Of a stretch of 64,000 nt of DNA, positions 37,010-47,128 are shown in pieces. The stretch is from Clostridiales bacterium Firm_08. Lineage in GTDB: Bacteria > Bacillota > Clostridia > Oscillospirales > QAKW01. The stretch is from positions 1-64,000 of the forward strand of contig LVAN01000022.1 of assembly GCA_001604045.1 (NCBI GenBank), written 5' to 3'. Under the pieces are notes generated by a model. The model was not told the DNA's origin. It saw only the letters and a program-made list of their open reading frames with translations, and did not search any database. A program made the position numbers and the translations under genes. How positions within the stretch are numbered: the first letter of the stretch is position 1; each line of letters starts with the position of its first letter.

Positions 37010-38086
37010 CTATTGTTTTCGTCGTAAAAACGCAAGCAATCGTTTGAAAAGGGATCTTTTCCTTTCATACGCCCTCGCGTCGCGGTCCGCGAAAAGCGGC
37101 GCGCGCGCGACAGGCGTTTCCCCGTTATAAACGACAAGCGTTCCGACGACGTCTCCTTTTTTAACACCGATGTAGGAAAACCGCGGTTTCAGGATATCAT
37201 ACCGGATATCTTTTTTCCCATCTGTCACGACCCCGTATACCGTCCGGTTGAAACATCCGATGTCCGGTCCGCCGGCAATTGCCTGCGCCAGGTAGACCTT
37301 TTTCTCGTCAAGCACTTTTTCAAGTTTACATCTTTCGAACTGCTCACGGTACAGTGACGAATGTCTCGCCCAATCATCCGGGCAATCCAGTGTGACGCAG
37401 ATCAGTGTCACACCGTCTTTTTGGACGGCGCTTACAAGACACCTGCCGCTCTTTTTCGTATATCCCGTTTTGACGCCGATACAACCGTCTATCCGGAAAA
37501 GCAGTTTATTGTGATTAACAAGCGTTTTCCCCGCAACGTCACAGGTTTTCATACGGACGATCCGCGCGAATTTCTCATTTTGAAGCGCGACAGCCGTCAG
37601 CTTCGCGAGATCGAAAGCGGTCGTGAAGTGACCGTCGGCATCCAGCCCGGAAGCGTTTTTAAAGCGCGTATTATCCAGCCCGATCTCCGACGCCTTCTGA
37701 TCCATCAAAAGCGCGAACTTTTCCTCGCTGCCCGCCACAAAACACGCGAGCGCGTCCGCCGCGTCATTGCCGGAGACAAGCATCAGTCCGCACAAAAGGT
37801 CATCGACGGTATAAGTTTCCCCGGCGTTCAGATACATTTTGGAACCTTCTATCGCGGCGCTCTGCCGTGATATCTCCACGCGTTCCTTGCCGGTCGTGTG
37901 TTCCAAAACGACAAGCGCCGTCATGATCTTTGTGGTGCTTGCCATCGGCAGTCTTATGTTTTCATTTTCACCGCAAAGCACCATACCGCTTGACGCCTCT
38001 GTCACGATATAAGAAGCGCCCGGGGCGGCATGGCACGGTACAGGCAATAAAAGAATGACGAACAGGAAAAGCATTACTCGTCTCAA
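37010..38086 (-). CDS. D-alanyl-D-alanine carboxypeptidase (S11, DacB/PBP5-like).
   Basis: Signal peptide, SxxK (ASTTK), SGN, KTG motifs. Confidence 0.85.
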   Translation of the reverse strand: MRRVMLFLFVILLLPVPCHAAPGASYIVTEASSGMVLCGENENIRLPMASTTKIMTALVVLEHTTGKERVEISRQSAAIEGSKMYLNAGETYTVDDLLCGLMLVSGNDAADALACFVAGSEEKFALLMDQKASEIGLDNTRFKNASGLDADGHFTTAFDLAKLTAVALQNEKFARIVRMKTCDVAGKTLVNHNKLLFRIDGCIGVKTGYTKKSGRCLVSAVQKDGVTLICVTLDCPDDWARHSSLYREQFERCKLEKVLDEKKVYLAQAIAGGPDIGCFNRTVYGVVTDGKKDIRYDILKPRFSYIGVKKGDVVGTLVVYNGETPVARAPLFADRDARAYERKRSLFKRLLAFLRRKQ

Positions 38087-38128
38087 ACGACCTCACCCGC
38101 TACTATTTTTATGAGCGGATATGATCTG

Positions 38129-38512
38129 TTATTCTGCCGCGTCTTCCGTCTTGTCCTTCTTTTCGAAAAAAGACGAGATCTTGTCGACAACGTCCGGCAC
38201 ATACGCCGCGATCTTATCAACGGCGTCCGGATGATTGGAGATGGGAAGCACCTTCACAGTCTCGCCGCTGACGGCGATAAAGGCAACAGGAACCACGTTA
38301 ACGCCGCCGCCGGCGCCGCCGCCGAAATTCTCCTTTTCCGTTTTGCCGAACGAACTGCCGCCCGCCGCGAAACCGAAAGAGACCTTGGAGACCGGTATCA
38401 GTGTAACACTGTCGCTGACACGGATCGGCTCGCCGATCACGGTGTCCACGTCCACCATTTTTCTGATCCCGTCCAGAGCGTTGTTCATAACACCGTCAAT
38501 ATTTCCTGCCAT
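38129..38512 (-). CDS. ytfJ: Sporulation protein YtfJ (GerW family).
   Basis: About 127 aa with a Gly-rich FGFAAGGSSFG...GGGAGGG core. Confidence 0.75.
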   Translation of the reverse strand: MAGNIDGVMNNALDGIRKMVDVDTVIGEPIRVSDSVTLIPVSKVSFGFAAGGSSFGKTEKENFGGGAGGGVNVVPVAFIAVSGETVKVLPISNHPDAVDKIAAYVPDVVDKISSFFEKKDKTEDAAE

Positions 38513-38564
38513 TGTAACTCCTCCTTATTATTTATGATCTTATTTTCGCCGCGCGAAAAGAAAA

Positions 38565-39146
38565 TCATTCCTCTTTTGGTGAAAAGATGTCATCGCCGAA
38601 TTTTTCCTGCGTGTCGCTTTCATCATCCGGCAGTTTGAGTTTCGGCAGCGCGGGCAGATCGGAAAGTTCGCTGACGCCGAACACTCTCAAAAACTCATCT
38701 GTCGTACCGTATAGAATAGGACGCCCCGGCGCGTCAAGCCGGCTTTTCTCCTCCAAAAGCCCCTTTTCGATCAGGGAGTTGATCCCGTAAAAACAATCAA
38801 CGCCGCGGATCTGCTCCACATAGGATTTTGTGACCGGCTGATTGTACGCCACGATAGAAAGGATCTCCAGCGCCGCGTTGGAGAGCGGCGTGTTCCTCCT
38901 GTGATCCAGCGCCTGTCTGACCTGTTCACGGTATTTGTTATTACTGCACATCTGATAACTCTCATTGAGACGCACGATCTTAAAACCGCGGTTTTCCGCC
39001 TCATATTCCGTCATCAGTTCCGATACGATCTTATAGACCTCCGAAACGTCGATGCCCATACATTCGGCGATCTGTGACGCTTTAATAGGAGACCCGCCGG
39101 CAAACAGGATCGCCTCCACCGCGGCTGTCATATCATTCAGCGCCAT
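38565..39146 (-). CDS. scpB: Segregation and condensation protein B.
   Basis: ScpB winged-helix pair (AVEAILFAGGSPIKASQIAE...). Start at MALND overlaps the scpA stop. Confidence 0.85.
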   Translation of the reverse strand: MALNDMTAAVEAILFAGGSPIKASQIAECMGIDVSEVYKIVSELMTEYEAENRGFKIVRLNESYQMCSNNKYREQVRQALDHRRNTPLSNAALEILSIVAYNQPVTKSYVEQIRGVDCFYGINSLIEKGLLEEKSRLDAPGRPILYGTTDEFLRVFGVSELSDLPALPKLKLPDDESDTQEKFGDDIFSPKEE

Positions 39147-39870
39147 ACGCTTCCCCCTCCTTGCTCTCATCGTATGAGATCACGATCTCGTCCCGGTCCT
39201 GTTCTATGCTTACATACTCCGTTTTGGAAAGCTCCAGAACGGCAAGAAACGTCGCGACGATGTCCGAACGGGATCTCACGTTTTTGAAAAGATCCATAAA
39301 CTTCACCCGGCTCAGCCGTTTCAGACTCCGAAGCACCGACGCGATCCTGACAGAGACCGACGTGATCTTTCTGCCGATAAAACTTTTGAAACTGTTGAGC
39401 GTCGGAGGTTCTCTGCGCTCGATCTTATCCATCACGTCGTGATACGCTTTGATCAGGGCGGATGCCTCATATTGCCGGCGGACGCGTTTGTCATATTCGA
39501 CCGTCTCCTGCATCCTTGTATAACTGCCCGCCGCCTTTATGTTCATCTCGTGCATTTCCGGCAAGAGGGACTGATACCGCTGATACTCCGCGAGCGCCAT
39601 CGCCAGCGGCATTCGCGGATCGTCCTCCTCGATCTCCTCTTTCGGGAGAAGCATCCGGGATTTGATGTATATAAGATGCGCCGCCATCTCAATAAACTCG
39701 CTCGCGACATCCATATTCATCTGTTTCATTTGATCGATATATTCCATATACTGATCAAAGATCGTCGAGATGGGTATATCATAGATGGAGACCTTGTTTT
39801 TGCTGATCAAACTGAGCAGAAGTTCCAGCGGACCGCTGAATACCTCCAAATCAAACGTAAGCGTTTCCAA
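39133..39870 (-). CDS. scpA: Segregation and condensation protein A.
   Basis: FDLEVFSGPLELLLSLISKNKVSIYDIPI is the ScpA N-terminal signature. Confidence 0.85.
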   Translation of the reverse strand: METLTFDLEVFSGPLELLLSLISKNKVSIYDIPISTIFDQYMEYIDQMKQMNMDVASEFIEMAAHLIYIKSRMLLPKEEIEEDDPRMPLAMALAEYQRYQSLLPEMHEMNIKAAGSYTRMQETVEYDKRVRRQYEASALIKAYHDVMDKIERREPPTLNSFKSFIGRKITSVSVRIASVLRSLKRLSRVKFMDLFKNVRSRSDIVATFLAVLELSKTEYVSIEQDRDEIVISYDESKEGEAYGAE

Positions 39871-39880
39871 TTTCCGTCTC

Positions 39881-40582
39881 CTAAAAAATATTTACAAAGA
39901 ATTTTATAAGCGCAATCCACACATCGACAAAGACGTTCGCCACAACAGACTGCACGGTGCCGATGACGGTGCCGACAACAGACGTCAGGATCACGATCAG
40001 CATAAACGCGAGCTGGATATACTGTCCGTACTTCATCATAAACGTCTGGTACTTGTAGGGCATAAAAAACTCAAGTATCCGGGAGCCGTCCAGCGGGTAG
40101 ACCGGGATGAGATTGAACACCGCAAGTCCGATATTCATATAGATGAAATAAAGAAGCAACAGAGCCGTATAACGGATCAGAGAAATGGCAAAAGACGATG
40201 CGGCCGTAACATTCTCCAGCGAAACGTAAAGGATAGCATACAGCAAGGACGAGATCAGCGCGAGGATGATATTGGCGATGGGTCCCGCGACCGCTGTATA
40301 AAGCATCCCCTGCCGCGGCTTTTTAAAATTCGCGGGGTCGACGGGAACCGGTGTTGCCCAGCCGAAATGGACGATCAGCATCATCAAAAAGCCGAACGGG
40401 TTAAAATGCTTTATCGGGTTCAGCGTCAACCGTCCCGCGTTTTTCGCCGTCGGATCCCCCAGTTTATACGCCACCCAGCCATGCGCGAACTCGTGAAACG
40501 AGATGGAAAACAGGATGACGGGGATCCAAAGGATCAGTTGTTTCAGCCCCTCAGCTGTAAATAAACTTGAAATAAAACTCAT
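39881..40582 (-). CDS. M50 site-2-protease family membrane metalloprotease.
   Basis: HEFAH zinc motif in TM helix, LDGSRIL-like NxxPxxxxDG motif (NLIPVYPLDGSRI). Confidence 0.8.
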   Translation of the reverse strand: MSFISSLFTAEGLKQLILWIPVILFSISFHEFAHGWVAYKLGDPTAKNAGRLTLNPIKHFNPFGFLMMLIVHFGWATPVPVDPANFKKPRQGMLYTAVAGPIANIILALISSLLYAILYVSLENVTAASSFAISLIRYTALLLLYFIYMNIGLAVFNLIPVYPLDGSRILEFFMPYKYQTFMMKYGQYIQLAFMLIVILTSVVGTVIGTVQSVVANVFVDVWIALIKFFVNIF

Positions 40583-41169
40583 TTGCTCCGCTCCTCGATC
40601 GCCTGTTCGATACAGTCGATGATGTCCTCTTTACCATGGCCCGTCACACTGCTGAACGGAATAAAATACGTGCCGTTTTCATCGCACCACTCACGGTAAA
40701 AGTTTTTCATCTTCTCCGCCTCGGTACGGTTTAGTTTATCGAGTTTTGTACCGACAACGATATACGGGATCTCTTTATCTGCGATCGTGTAAAACATCTG
40801 TTTGTCAAGTCCCGTCGGCGGGTGGCGCATATCGGTCAGCAAAACAACAAGCGCTTTGTTATCATTGTTTTCAAAATACTTTTCGATATACCCCGCCCAT
40901 TTTTTGAGCTGCGCGTCGGAGACCTTCGCGTAGCCGTACCCGGGCAGATCCACAAAATAACACGTCTTATCGATCCGGAAATAGTTGATCTGCGCCGTCT
41001 TGCCGGGTTTGGAGGAAGTGCGCGCCAGCGACCGCCGTCCGAGCAGACAGTTGAGAAGCGTGCTTTTGCCGACATTGGACTTGCCGCAAAAAACGATCTC
41101 CGGCAGATCCGTCAAAAACTGTTTTTCCGAGACTGCCGATATGACAAACTCCGCGTTATGATAGTTCAT
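40579..41169 (-). CDS. engB: Ribosome biogenesis GTP-binding protein EngB/YsxC.
   Basis: GKSNVGKSTLLN G1, DLPGYG G3, TKLDK G4. Conserved position downstream of lon. Confidence 0.9.
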   Translation of the reverse strand: MNYHNAEFVISAVSEKQFLTDLPEIVFCGKSNVGKSTLLNCLLGRRSLARTSSKPGKTAQINYFRIDKTCYFVDLPGYGYAKVSDAQLKKWAGYIEKYFENNDNKALVVLLTDMRHPPTGLDKQMFYTIADKEIPYIVVGTKLDKLNRTEAEKMKNFYREWCDENGTYFIPFSSVTGHGKEDIIDCIEQAIEERSK

Positions 41170-43604
41170 ATCACCACTGACCGATCCGTATTTTTACTTT
41201 TACGCGTCTCCGCCATCCCGCTAAAAGCATTTGTTTCAGGCAGGCGGGCGATCTTGGGAGAATATAAAAGCGCGTGTTCCAGCACCTCGCTCATAGAAAT
41301 GACGGGCAGGAACCGGATCCCCTCCATAATGCTCTTGTCAAGTTCCAGTGTATCGTGCAGATTATCCTTCGGGATGATGACGGTATGGATATTGTGTTTA
41401 AGCGCCGCCGTAGCCTTTTCTTTTAGTCCTCCGATGGGAAGCACCCTGCCGTTGAGCGTCACCTCGCCGGTCATAGCGATCTTATTGGAGACCGGTATGC
41501 CGCTGAGCGCGGAAAAAATAGCCGTCGCGATCGTGATGCCCGCGGAAGGTCCGTCCTTGGGAACAGCCCCCTCCGGAAAATGGATATGGATATCTTTTGT
41601 TTTATAAAAATCGCTGTCAAGTCCGTAACGCGTCGAGACGGAACGGATATAGGAAATGGCAATTTTCGCGGACTCCTTCATAATGTCTCCGAGCGAACCG
41701 GTGAGTTCCAGTTTGCCCGTACCGTCCATCACCGCCACCTCTACATTGAGCATCTCTCCGCCGACAGAGGTCCACGCCAGCCCGTTGGCGATCCCGGAGA
41801 CCGTGCCGTCAAAAAGAGGTTCCTCTTTATAAATGACAGGGCCGAGAAAATCCTTGAGATTGGCGACAGTGATATTGACAGCGTCCGCTTCCCCTTCCAC
41901 GATCCTGCGGTCCGCCTTGCGCATCAGTTTCGCGATCTGACGTTCAAGATTTCTGACGCCCGCCTCTCTCGTATATCCCGTAATGATATGTGTGAGCGCC
42001 GCGGCGGAAAGTTTGAACTGACCGGTCGTCAAGCCATGTATTTTACGCTGTTTGGGGATCAGGTACTTTTTGGCGATCTCCACCTTTTCAAATTCAAGAT
42101 AACTGGGTATCTCGATAACGTCCATACGATCCATCAGCGGTTCCGGGATGGTCGCAAGCGTATTGGCGGTCGTGATGAAAAACACTTCGGAAAGATCGAA
42201 GGGGATCTCAAGAAAATGATCGGTATAGGTGGCGTTCTGCTCCGGATCCAGCGCTTCCAGAAGCGCTGACGCGGGATCGCCCTTAAAATCGGATCCTATC
42301 TTATCGATCTCGTCGAGCAGGATCACCGGATTGCGGGAACCCGCCGTCTCGATCGCGGAGATGATCCTGCCGGGCATCGCGCCGATATAGGTTTTACGAT
42401 GGCCGCGGATCTCCGCCTCATCGTGTACGCCGCCAAGGGAAACACGCGCGAAATTGCGATGCATCGCACGGGCGATCGATCGAGCGACCGAGGTCTTGCC
42501 GACGCCCGGAGGTCCGGCAAGACAAAGGATCTGTCCTTTCAGTTTACCGAGCTGCCGGACAGCAAGCGCTTCAAGGATCCTCTCCTTAACTTTTTCCAGA
42601 CCGTAATGATCCTCATTGAGTACTTTTTCCGCCTCTTTCAGATCCAGGCAGTCCTCCGTTTTTACGCCGTACGGCATATCCAGCACGATATCAAGATAAC
42701 TGCGGATCACCGCGCCCTCGTGAGACATCGGCGGCATTTTGGAAAGCCTCGTCACCTCTTTTTGCAGTTTTTCCCGGCTCTTTTCATCTACCGGGAACGC
42801 GGCGACGGTATCACGGTAATGCTGTACGTCCTCCAGATCGTCCTCCGACTCTCCGAGTTCGTTTTGAAGGACCTTGATCTGCTCACGCAAATAGTATTCG
42901 TGCTGATTTTGATCCATGCTCTCCTTGACACGGCGCTGCATCTCATCCTCGATCTCCAAAAGATCGTTTTCCCGGATCAGGGACTCGATCAGTATCTTGA
43001 TGCGCTTTTCGGCGTCGATCTCCTCCAAAATACTTTGTTTGATCTCAAAGTCAAGGACGGTATTGGCAGTGATAAAATCCACAAGTTTGCCGAAATCATC
43101 GAATTTTTCCACACCGATCAGGCAATCGGAGGAGATCTGCGCGTTGAAACCGACATATTCCGTGAACAGTTCCTTCAAAAGCCGCACAGCGGCGACCTGC
43201 CGTGACGTTCTGATCGGCGCCGGCGCCTCTCTGATCTCCATCGCCTGCGCGAACAGTGTATTGTATCTTTTTTGAAAACCGAAAATATCCACCCTGCTTC
43301 TGGTTTCCACAAAAACACCGATGGTGTCATTGCTGACGCGCACCACCTGTTTGATATCAGCGATCACGCCCACGGAAAACAGATCACTGCCCTCCGGCTC
43401 CTCGACCTGCAGGTCTTTCTGCGTGGTAAGGATGATCCTTTTCCCGTTTCTCATCGCGTTTTGTACGGCGTTGACAGAGCTTTCCCGTCCGACGTCAAAA
43501 CTCGCGGGCATATGCGGAAGAAGCGTCAGCCCTCTGAGCGCAAGCACCGGGTAAAAATTTATACTGTTATGATCATTGATTTTTTGCATATCTTTTTCGC
43601 TCAC
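41166..43604 (-). CDS. lon: ATP-dependent Lon protease.
   Basis: Lon N domain, AAA+ (GPPGVGKTS), protease domain (PKDGPSAGIT). Confidence 0.92.
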   Translation of the reverse strand: MSEKDMQKINDHNSINFYPVLALRGLTLLPHMPASFDVGRESSVNAVQNAMRNGKRIILTTQKDLQVEEPEGSDLFSVGVIADIKQVVRVSNDTIGVFVETRSRVDIFGFQKRYNTLFAQAMEIREAPAPIRTSRQVAAVRLLKELFTEYVGFNAQISSDCLIGVEKFDDFGKLVDFITANTVLDFEIKQSILEEIDAEKRIKILIESLIRENDLLEIEDEMQRRVKESMDQNQHEYYLREQIKVLQNELGESEDDLEDVQHYRDTVAAFPVDEKSREKLQKEVTRLSKMPPMSHEGAVIRSYLDIVLDMPYGVKTEDCLDLKEAEKVLNEDHYGLEKVKERILEALAVRQLGKLKGQILCLAGPPGVGKTSVARSIARAMHRNFARVSLGGVHDEAEIRGHRKTYIGAMPGRIISAIETAGSRNPVILLDEIDKIGSDFKGDPASALLEALDPEQNATYTDHFLEIPFDLSEVFFITTANTLATIPEPLMDRMDVIEIPSYLEFEKVEIAKKYLIPKQRKIHGLTTGQFKLSAAALTHIITGYTREAGVRNLERQIAKLMRKADRRIVEGEADAVNITVANLKDFLGPVIYKEEPLFDGTVSGIANGLAWTSVGGEMLNVEVAVMDGTGKLELTGSLGDIMKESAKIAISYIRSVSTRYGLDSDFYKTKDIHIHFPEGAVPKDGPSAGITIATAIFSALSGIPVSNKIAMTGEVTLNGRVLPIGGLKEKATAALKHNIHTVIIPKDNLHDTLELDKSIMEGIRFLPVISMSEVLEHALLYSPKIARLPETNAFSGMAETRKSKNTDRSVVI

Positions 43605-43682
43605 AAAAATTGCTCCCTAAAACGTATAGTTGTTTATATTATACTAAAATAATTATATATTCGCAAGTCCTTTTTGAAAATA

Positions 43683-43725
43683 ATCGGGAGCGCGCCTCAT
43701 ATGAGACGCGCTCCCGTTCTTTTTG
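43683..43725. terminator. Palindromic terminator between lon and clpX (probable partial read-through attenuator).
   Basis: cgggagcgcgcctcatatgagacgcgctcccg. Confidence 0.55.
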
Positions 43726-43732
43726 TCTTTTT

Positions 43733-44950
43733 TTAGCTTACTTTCGGTTTTTCGGTCTTATCCACGGAGGCTTTGGTAATAGTGACCTCCGAGACGTTGT
43801 CCATCGACGGCACTTCAAACATAACGTCTGTCATAACGTCCTCGATAATGGAACGAAGTCCTCTCGCGCCCGTTTTCTTTTCAACGGTAAGTTCCGCGAT
43901 CCTCTCCAGCGCGTCCTGCTCAAATGTCAGTTTCACGCCGTCAAAGCCGAACAGTTTTTGATATTGCTTTACCAGCGCGTTTTTCGGAGTCGTCAGGATG
44001 TCAAGCATTTCCTCTCTCCCGAGCGGATCGAGCGTTACAAGGATAGGCAGTCTGCCGACGATCTCCGGGATCAGCCCGTACTTGCTGATATCGTGATTTT
44101 CAAGTTTTGCGTACGTCGCGCCGGTATTGTGTCCGAGGTTTTCCTTCAGTTTGTTGCCGAAACCGATGCTCCCGCCGCCGATACGCTTCTCAACGATCTG
44201 CGCGATACCGTCAAAAGATCCGCCGCATATAAAGAGGATGTTCTTAGTATCGATGGGAATGAACTCCTGCCCCGGATGTTTTCTGCCGCCCTTCGGCGGA
44301 ACGTTGGCGACCGTTCCCTCCAGGATCTTCAAAAGCGCCTGCTGAACGCCCTCGCCGCTGACGTCCCGGGTGATCGATACGTTTTCGCTTTTTCTCGCGA
44401 TCTTATCGATCTCATCGATGTAAATAATTCCTTTTTCCGCTCTCGCGACGTCAAAATCCGCCGCCTGTATCAGTTTCAAAAGGATGTTTTCGACATCCTC
44501 TCCGACATATCCCGCCTCTGTCAGCGTCGTCGCGTCGGCGATCGCGAAAGGAACGTCTAAGATCTTGGCGAGAGTGGAAGCGAGATAAGTCTTTCCGCTG
44601 CCGGTAGGACCCACCAAAAGAATATTGCTCTTTTGGATCTCAACACCGTCGTCGCTTTCCGGATGCAGGATCCTCTGATAATGATTATACACCGCCACGC
44701 TGAGCGCCACCTTGGCTCTTTCCTGCCCGATGACGTATTCATCCAGGATCTTTTTGATCTCCTTCGGTTTGCGGAGATCGACCTTGATCTCAGCCGTCTC
44801 CGGCGGTTTTACGATGTCATCAAATATATCGTACGCGGCTCTGACGCAGTCCTCGCAAATGAACGCGCCCATCCCGGCGATCACCCGTATTTCAGCGCCG
44901 ACCGACCGTCCGCAAAAACTGCAGTTTACTTTATTCTCGTTTTTCGCCAT
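43733..44950 (-). CDS. clpX: ATP-dependent Clp protease ATP-binding subunit ClpX.
   Basis: Zinc-binding CSFCG...CEDC, Walker A GPTGSGKT, full length. Confidence 0.92.
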   Translation of the reverse strand: MAKNENKVNCSFCGRSVGAEIRVIAGMGAFICEDCVRAAYDIFDDIVKPPETAEIKVDLRKPKEIKKILDEYVIGQERAKVALSVAVYNHYQRILHPESDDGVEIQKSNILLVGPTGSGKTYLASTLAKILDVPFAIADATTLTEAGYVGEDVENILLKLIQAADFDVARAEKGIIYIDEIDKIARKSENVSITRDVSGEGVQQALLKILEGTVANVPPKGGRKHPGQEFIPIDTKNILFICGGSFDGIAQIVEKRIGGGSIGFGNKLKENLGHNTGATYAKLENHDISKYGLIPEIVGRLPILVTLDPLGREEMLDILTTPKNALVKQYQKLFGFDGVKLTFEQDALERIAELTVEKKTGARGLRSIIEDVMTDVMFEVPSMDNVSEVTITKASVDKTEKPKVS

Positions 44951-44981
44951 ATGCATGTCTCCCGATCATCGTTGTAAAAGG

Positions 44982-45010
44982 AAGTCCGGCACCATGCTTG
45001 CCGGACTTCG
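44982..45010 (-). terminator. Hairpin between clpP and clpX (attenuator / terminator).
   Basis: gaagtccggcaccatgcttgccggacttc. Confidence 0.5.
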
Positions 45011-45014
45011 CTAT

Positions 45015-45596
45015 TTATCTCTTTTCGATCACTTTGTCGATCAAACCGTATTCCATTGCCTTTTGGGCGCTCATAAAGTTATCGCGCTCGGTGTCGCGCT
45101 CGATCACTTCCAGCGGTTGCCCGGTCGCCTCGGCAAGCATCCGGTTCAGATTTTCACGGGTCTTGATGATATGATCCGCGTGGATCCGGACGTCCGTCGC
45201 CTGTCCCTGCGCTCCGCCCAGCGGCTGATGGATCATAATTTCACTGTTGGGCAGTGCGAAGCGTTTGCCCTTGGTCCCGGCGGACAGAAGGAATGCGCCC
45301 ATACTTGCCGCCATACCGATACAGATCGTCGATACATCGCACTTGATGTACTTCATCGTATCATAGATCGCAAGCCCCGCGCTGACAGAACCGCCCGGAC
45401 TGTTGATGTAAAACTGGATGTCTTTTTCCGGATCCTGCGCTTCCAGATAAAGCAGCTGCGCGACCACAAGGCTTGCGGTCACGTCGTTCACCTGCTCGGA
45501 AAGCATAATGATACGATCATTGAGAAGCCGTGAAAAAATATCGTAGGAGCGTTCTCCTCTGTTGGTTTGCTCAACGACCATCGGTACTAAACTCAT
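45015..45596 (-). CDS. clpP: ATP-dependent Clp protease proteolytic subunit ClpP.
   Basis: Ser-His-Asp triad context ([18 protein letters not shown]). Confidence 0.92.
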   Translation of the reverse strand: MSLVPMVVEQTNRGERSYDIFSRLLNDRIIMLSEQVNDVTASLVVAQLLYLEAQDPEKDIQFYINSPGGSVSAGLAIYDTMKYIKCDVSTICIGMAASMGAFLLSAGTKGKRFALPNSEIMIHQPLGGAQGQATDVRIHADHIIKTRENLNRMLAEATGQPLEVIERDTERDNFMSAQKAMEYGLIDKVIEKR

Positions 45597-45623
45597 ATCA
45601 TCCTCACCTCAAATAATCAAAAG

Positions 45624-47087
45624 TTATTTATCGGCCGCTTTTTTTGCCGCGGGTTTTTTGGCGGCAGGTTTCTTTGCTGCCGCAGGTTTTTTCGCGGCGG
45701 GTTTTGCCGCGGGTTTCTTCGCCGCGGCGGTTTTCTTTGCGGCGGGCTTTTTCGCCGGTTCCGTCTTATCGTCGGTCTTTTTTGCGGCAGGCTTTTTGGC
45801 GGCGGGTTTCTTTTCCGTGATCACCGCGTTTTCCATAATGACCTTCATCGCTTTTTCGACCGCGACGTCCGCCTTGATCTCTTTTTCGGGAATGTAGGGT
45901 TTGACCTGCTCGACCGTCATCTTGTAGGCGTCGGCGATCTTTTTATACTCGGCGTTGACGTCCTTCGCTGTCGGCTTGATGCCCTCGGCTTTGGCGACCG
46001 CTTCAAGCGCGAGCCGTGTCTTGACCTGCTTTTCGGCTTCTGTCCTGAAGCCCTCGCGGAACGCCTCTTTCGTCATCCCGGTATACCGGAGATAGAGTTG
46101 GAGGTTCATGCCCTGCATCTGCAGTCTGCTGTCAAAATCTCTCTCCATCGTATCGAGCTGTTTCTCGATCAGCGCGTCGGGGATATCCACCGTCGTGTTC
46201 TCGGCGAGTTTCTCTAGGACCGCGGTTTCGACTTCAGACTCGGATCTCTTGTCTTTATCCTCTTTCAGTTTCTTTTTGATATCTTTTTTGTAATCAGCAA
46301 GCGTGTCGAATTCGCTGATATCCTTTACGAATTCATCGTCGATCTCGGGAAGTTGTTTCTCTCTGACTTCCTTGACCGTCACTTTGAATACAACGGGTTT
46401 GCCCTGCAGTTCCTTGGCGTGATATTCCTTCGGGAAGGTCACGTTGATCTCCGGCGTATCGCCCTTTTTGGTACCGATCAACTGCTCCTCAAATCCGGGG
46501 ATGAAGGTACCGGAGCCGATCTCAAGTTCGTAGTTCTCTCCTTTTCCGCCTTCAAACGGCGTACCGTCCGAGAAGCCCTCGTAATCGATCAGGGCAACGT
46601 CTCCGTTCTTGACAGCGCGATCGACGGCGATGACTCTCTCCTCTTTCTTTTGCTGTTCGGAAAGATACGCCTTTACCTCGGCTTCCGTTACAGTATAGAC
46701 GGTTTTCTCGGCTTTTATACCCTTGTATTCCTTTACCGCCGCTTCCGGTCTTACCACCACGGTCGCGACAAATTCAAAGCCCTCTTTATCAACGCTTTCC
46801 ACTTTGATATCGTCCAGCTCGACAAAATCAAGTTTTTTGGATTCGATCGCCTGCTCCAAAGCGGCGGGATAAAGTTCCTGGATCACTTCGTTATAAAAAA
46901 CGCCTTCGCCGTACAGCGCCTCGATCTGTCTGCGGGTCGCCTTTCCGGGACGAAAGCCCGGGATATTCAGTTTCCTGCCCTTGGTACGATACATCTTATC
47001 AAGGGTCGTGGTGAATTCTTCCCCTCTGACCTCGACGGTGAGCGCGACGCGGCTTTTTTCAAGTTTTTTTGTTCCTTTGACTTTCAT
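45624..47087 (-). CDS. tig: Trigger factor with an about 60-aa Lys/Ala/Pro-rich (AKKPAAKK-repeat) C-terminal extension.
   Basis: N-terminal ribosome-binding GFRPGK motif, FKBP PPIase domain, C-terminal arm domain, then KKPAAKKPAAKK... repeats. Confidence 0.9.
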   Translation of the reverse strand: MKVKGTKKLEKSRVALTVEVRGEEFTTTLDKMYRTKGRKLNIPGFRPGKATRRQIEALYGEGVFYNEVIQELYPAALEQAIESKKLDFVELDDIKVESVDKEGFEFVATVVVRPEAAVKEYKGIKAEKTVYTVTEAEVKAYLSEQQKKEERVIAVDRAVKNGDVALIDYEGFSDGTPFEGGKGENYELEIGSGTFIPGFEEQLIGTKKGDTPEINVTFPKEYHAKELQGKPVVFKVTVKEVREKQLPEIDDEFVKDISEFDTLADYKKDIKKKLKEDKDKRSESEVETAVLEKLAENTTVDIPDALIEKQLDTMERDFDSRLQMQGMNLQLYLRYTGMTKEAFREGFRTEAEKQVKTRLALEAVAKAEGIKPTAKDVNAEYKKIADAYKMTVEQVKPYIPEKEIKADVAVEKAMKVIMENAVITEKKPAAKKPAAKKTDDKTEPAKKPAAKKTAAAKKPAAKPAAKKPAAAKKPAAKKPAAKKAADK

Positions 47088-47128
47088 TTGCTAACCTCCT
47101 AATTTTTGGACGCATCGTCCTAACTATG

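Noticed and set aside
45562-45897. ORF encoding AAGFFAAGF repeats
   Set aside because: It is a reverse-complement shadow of the tig AKKP-repeat tail.
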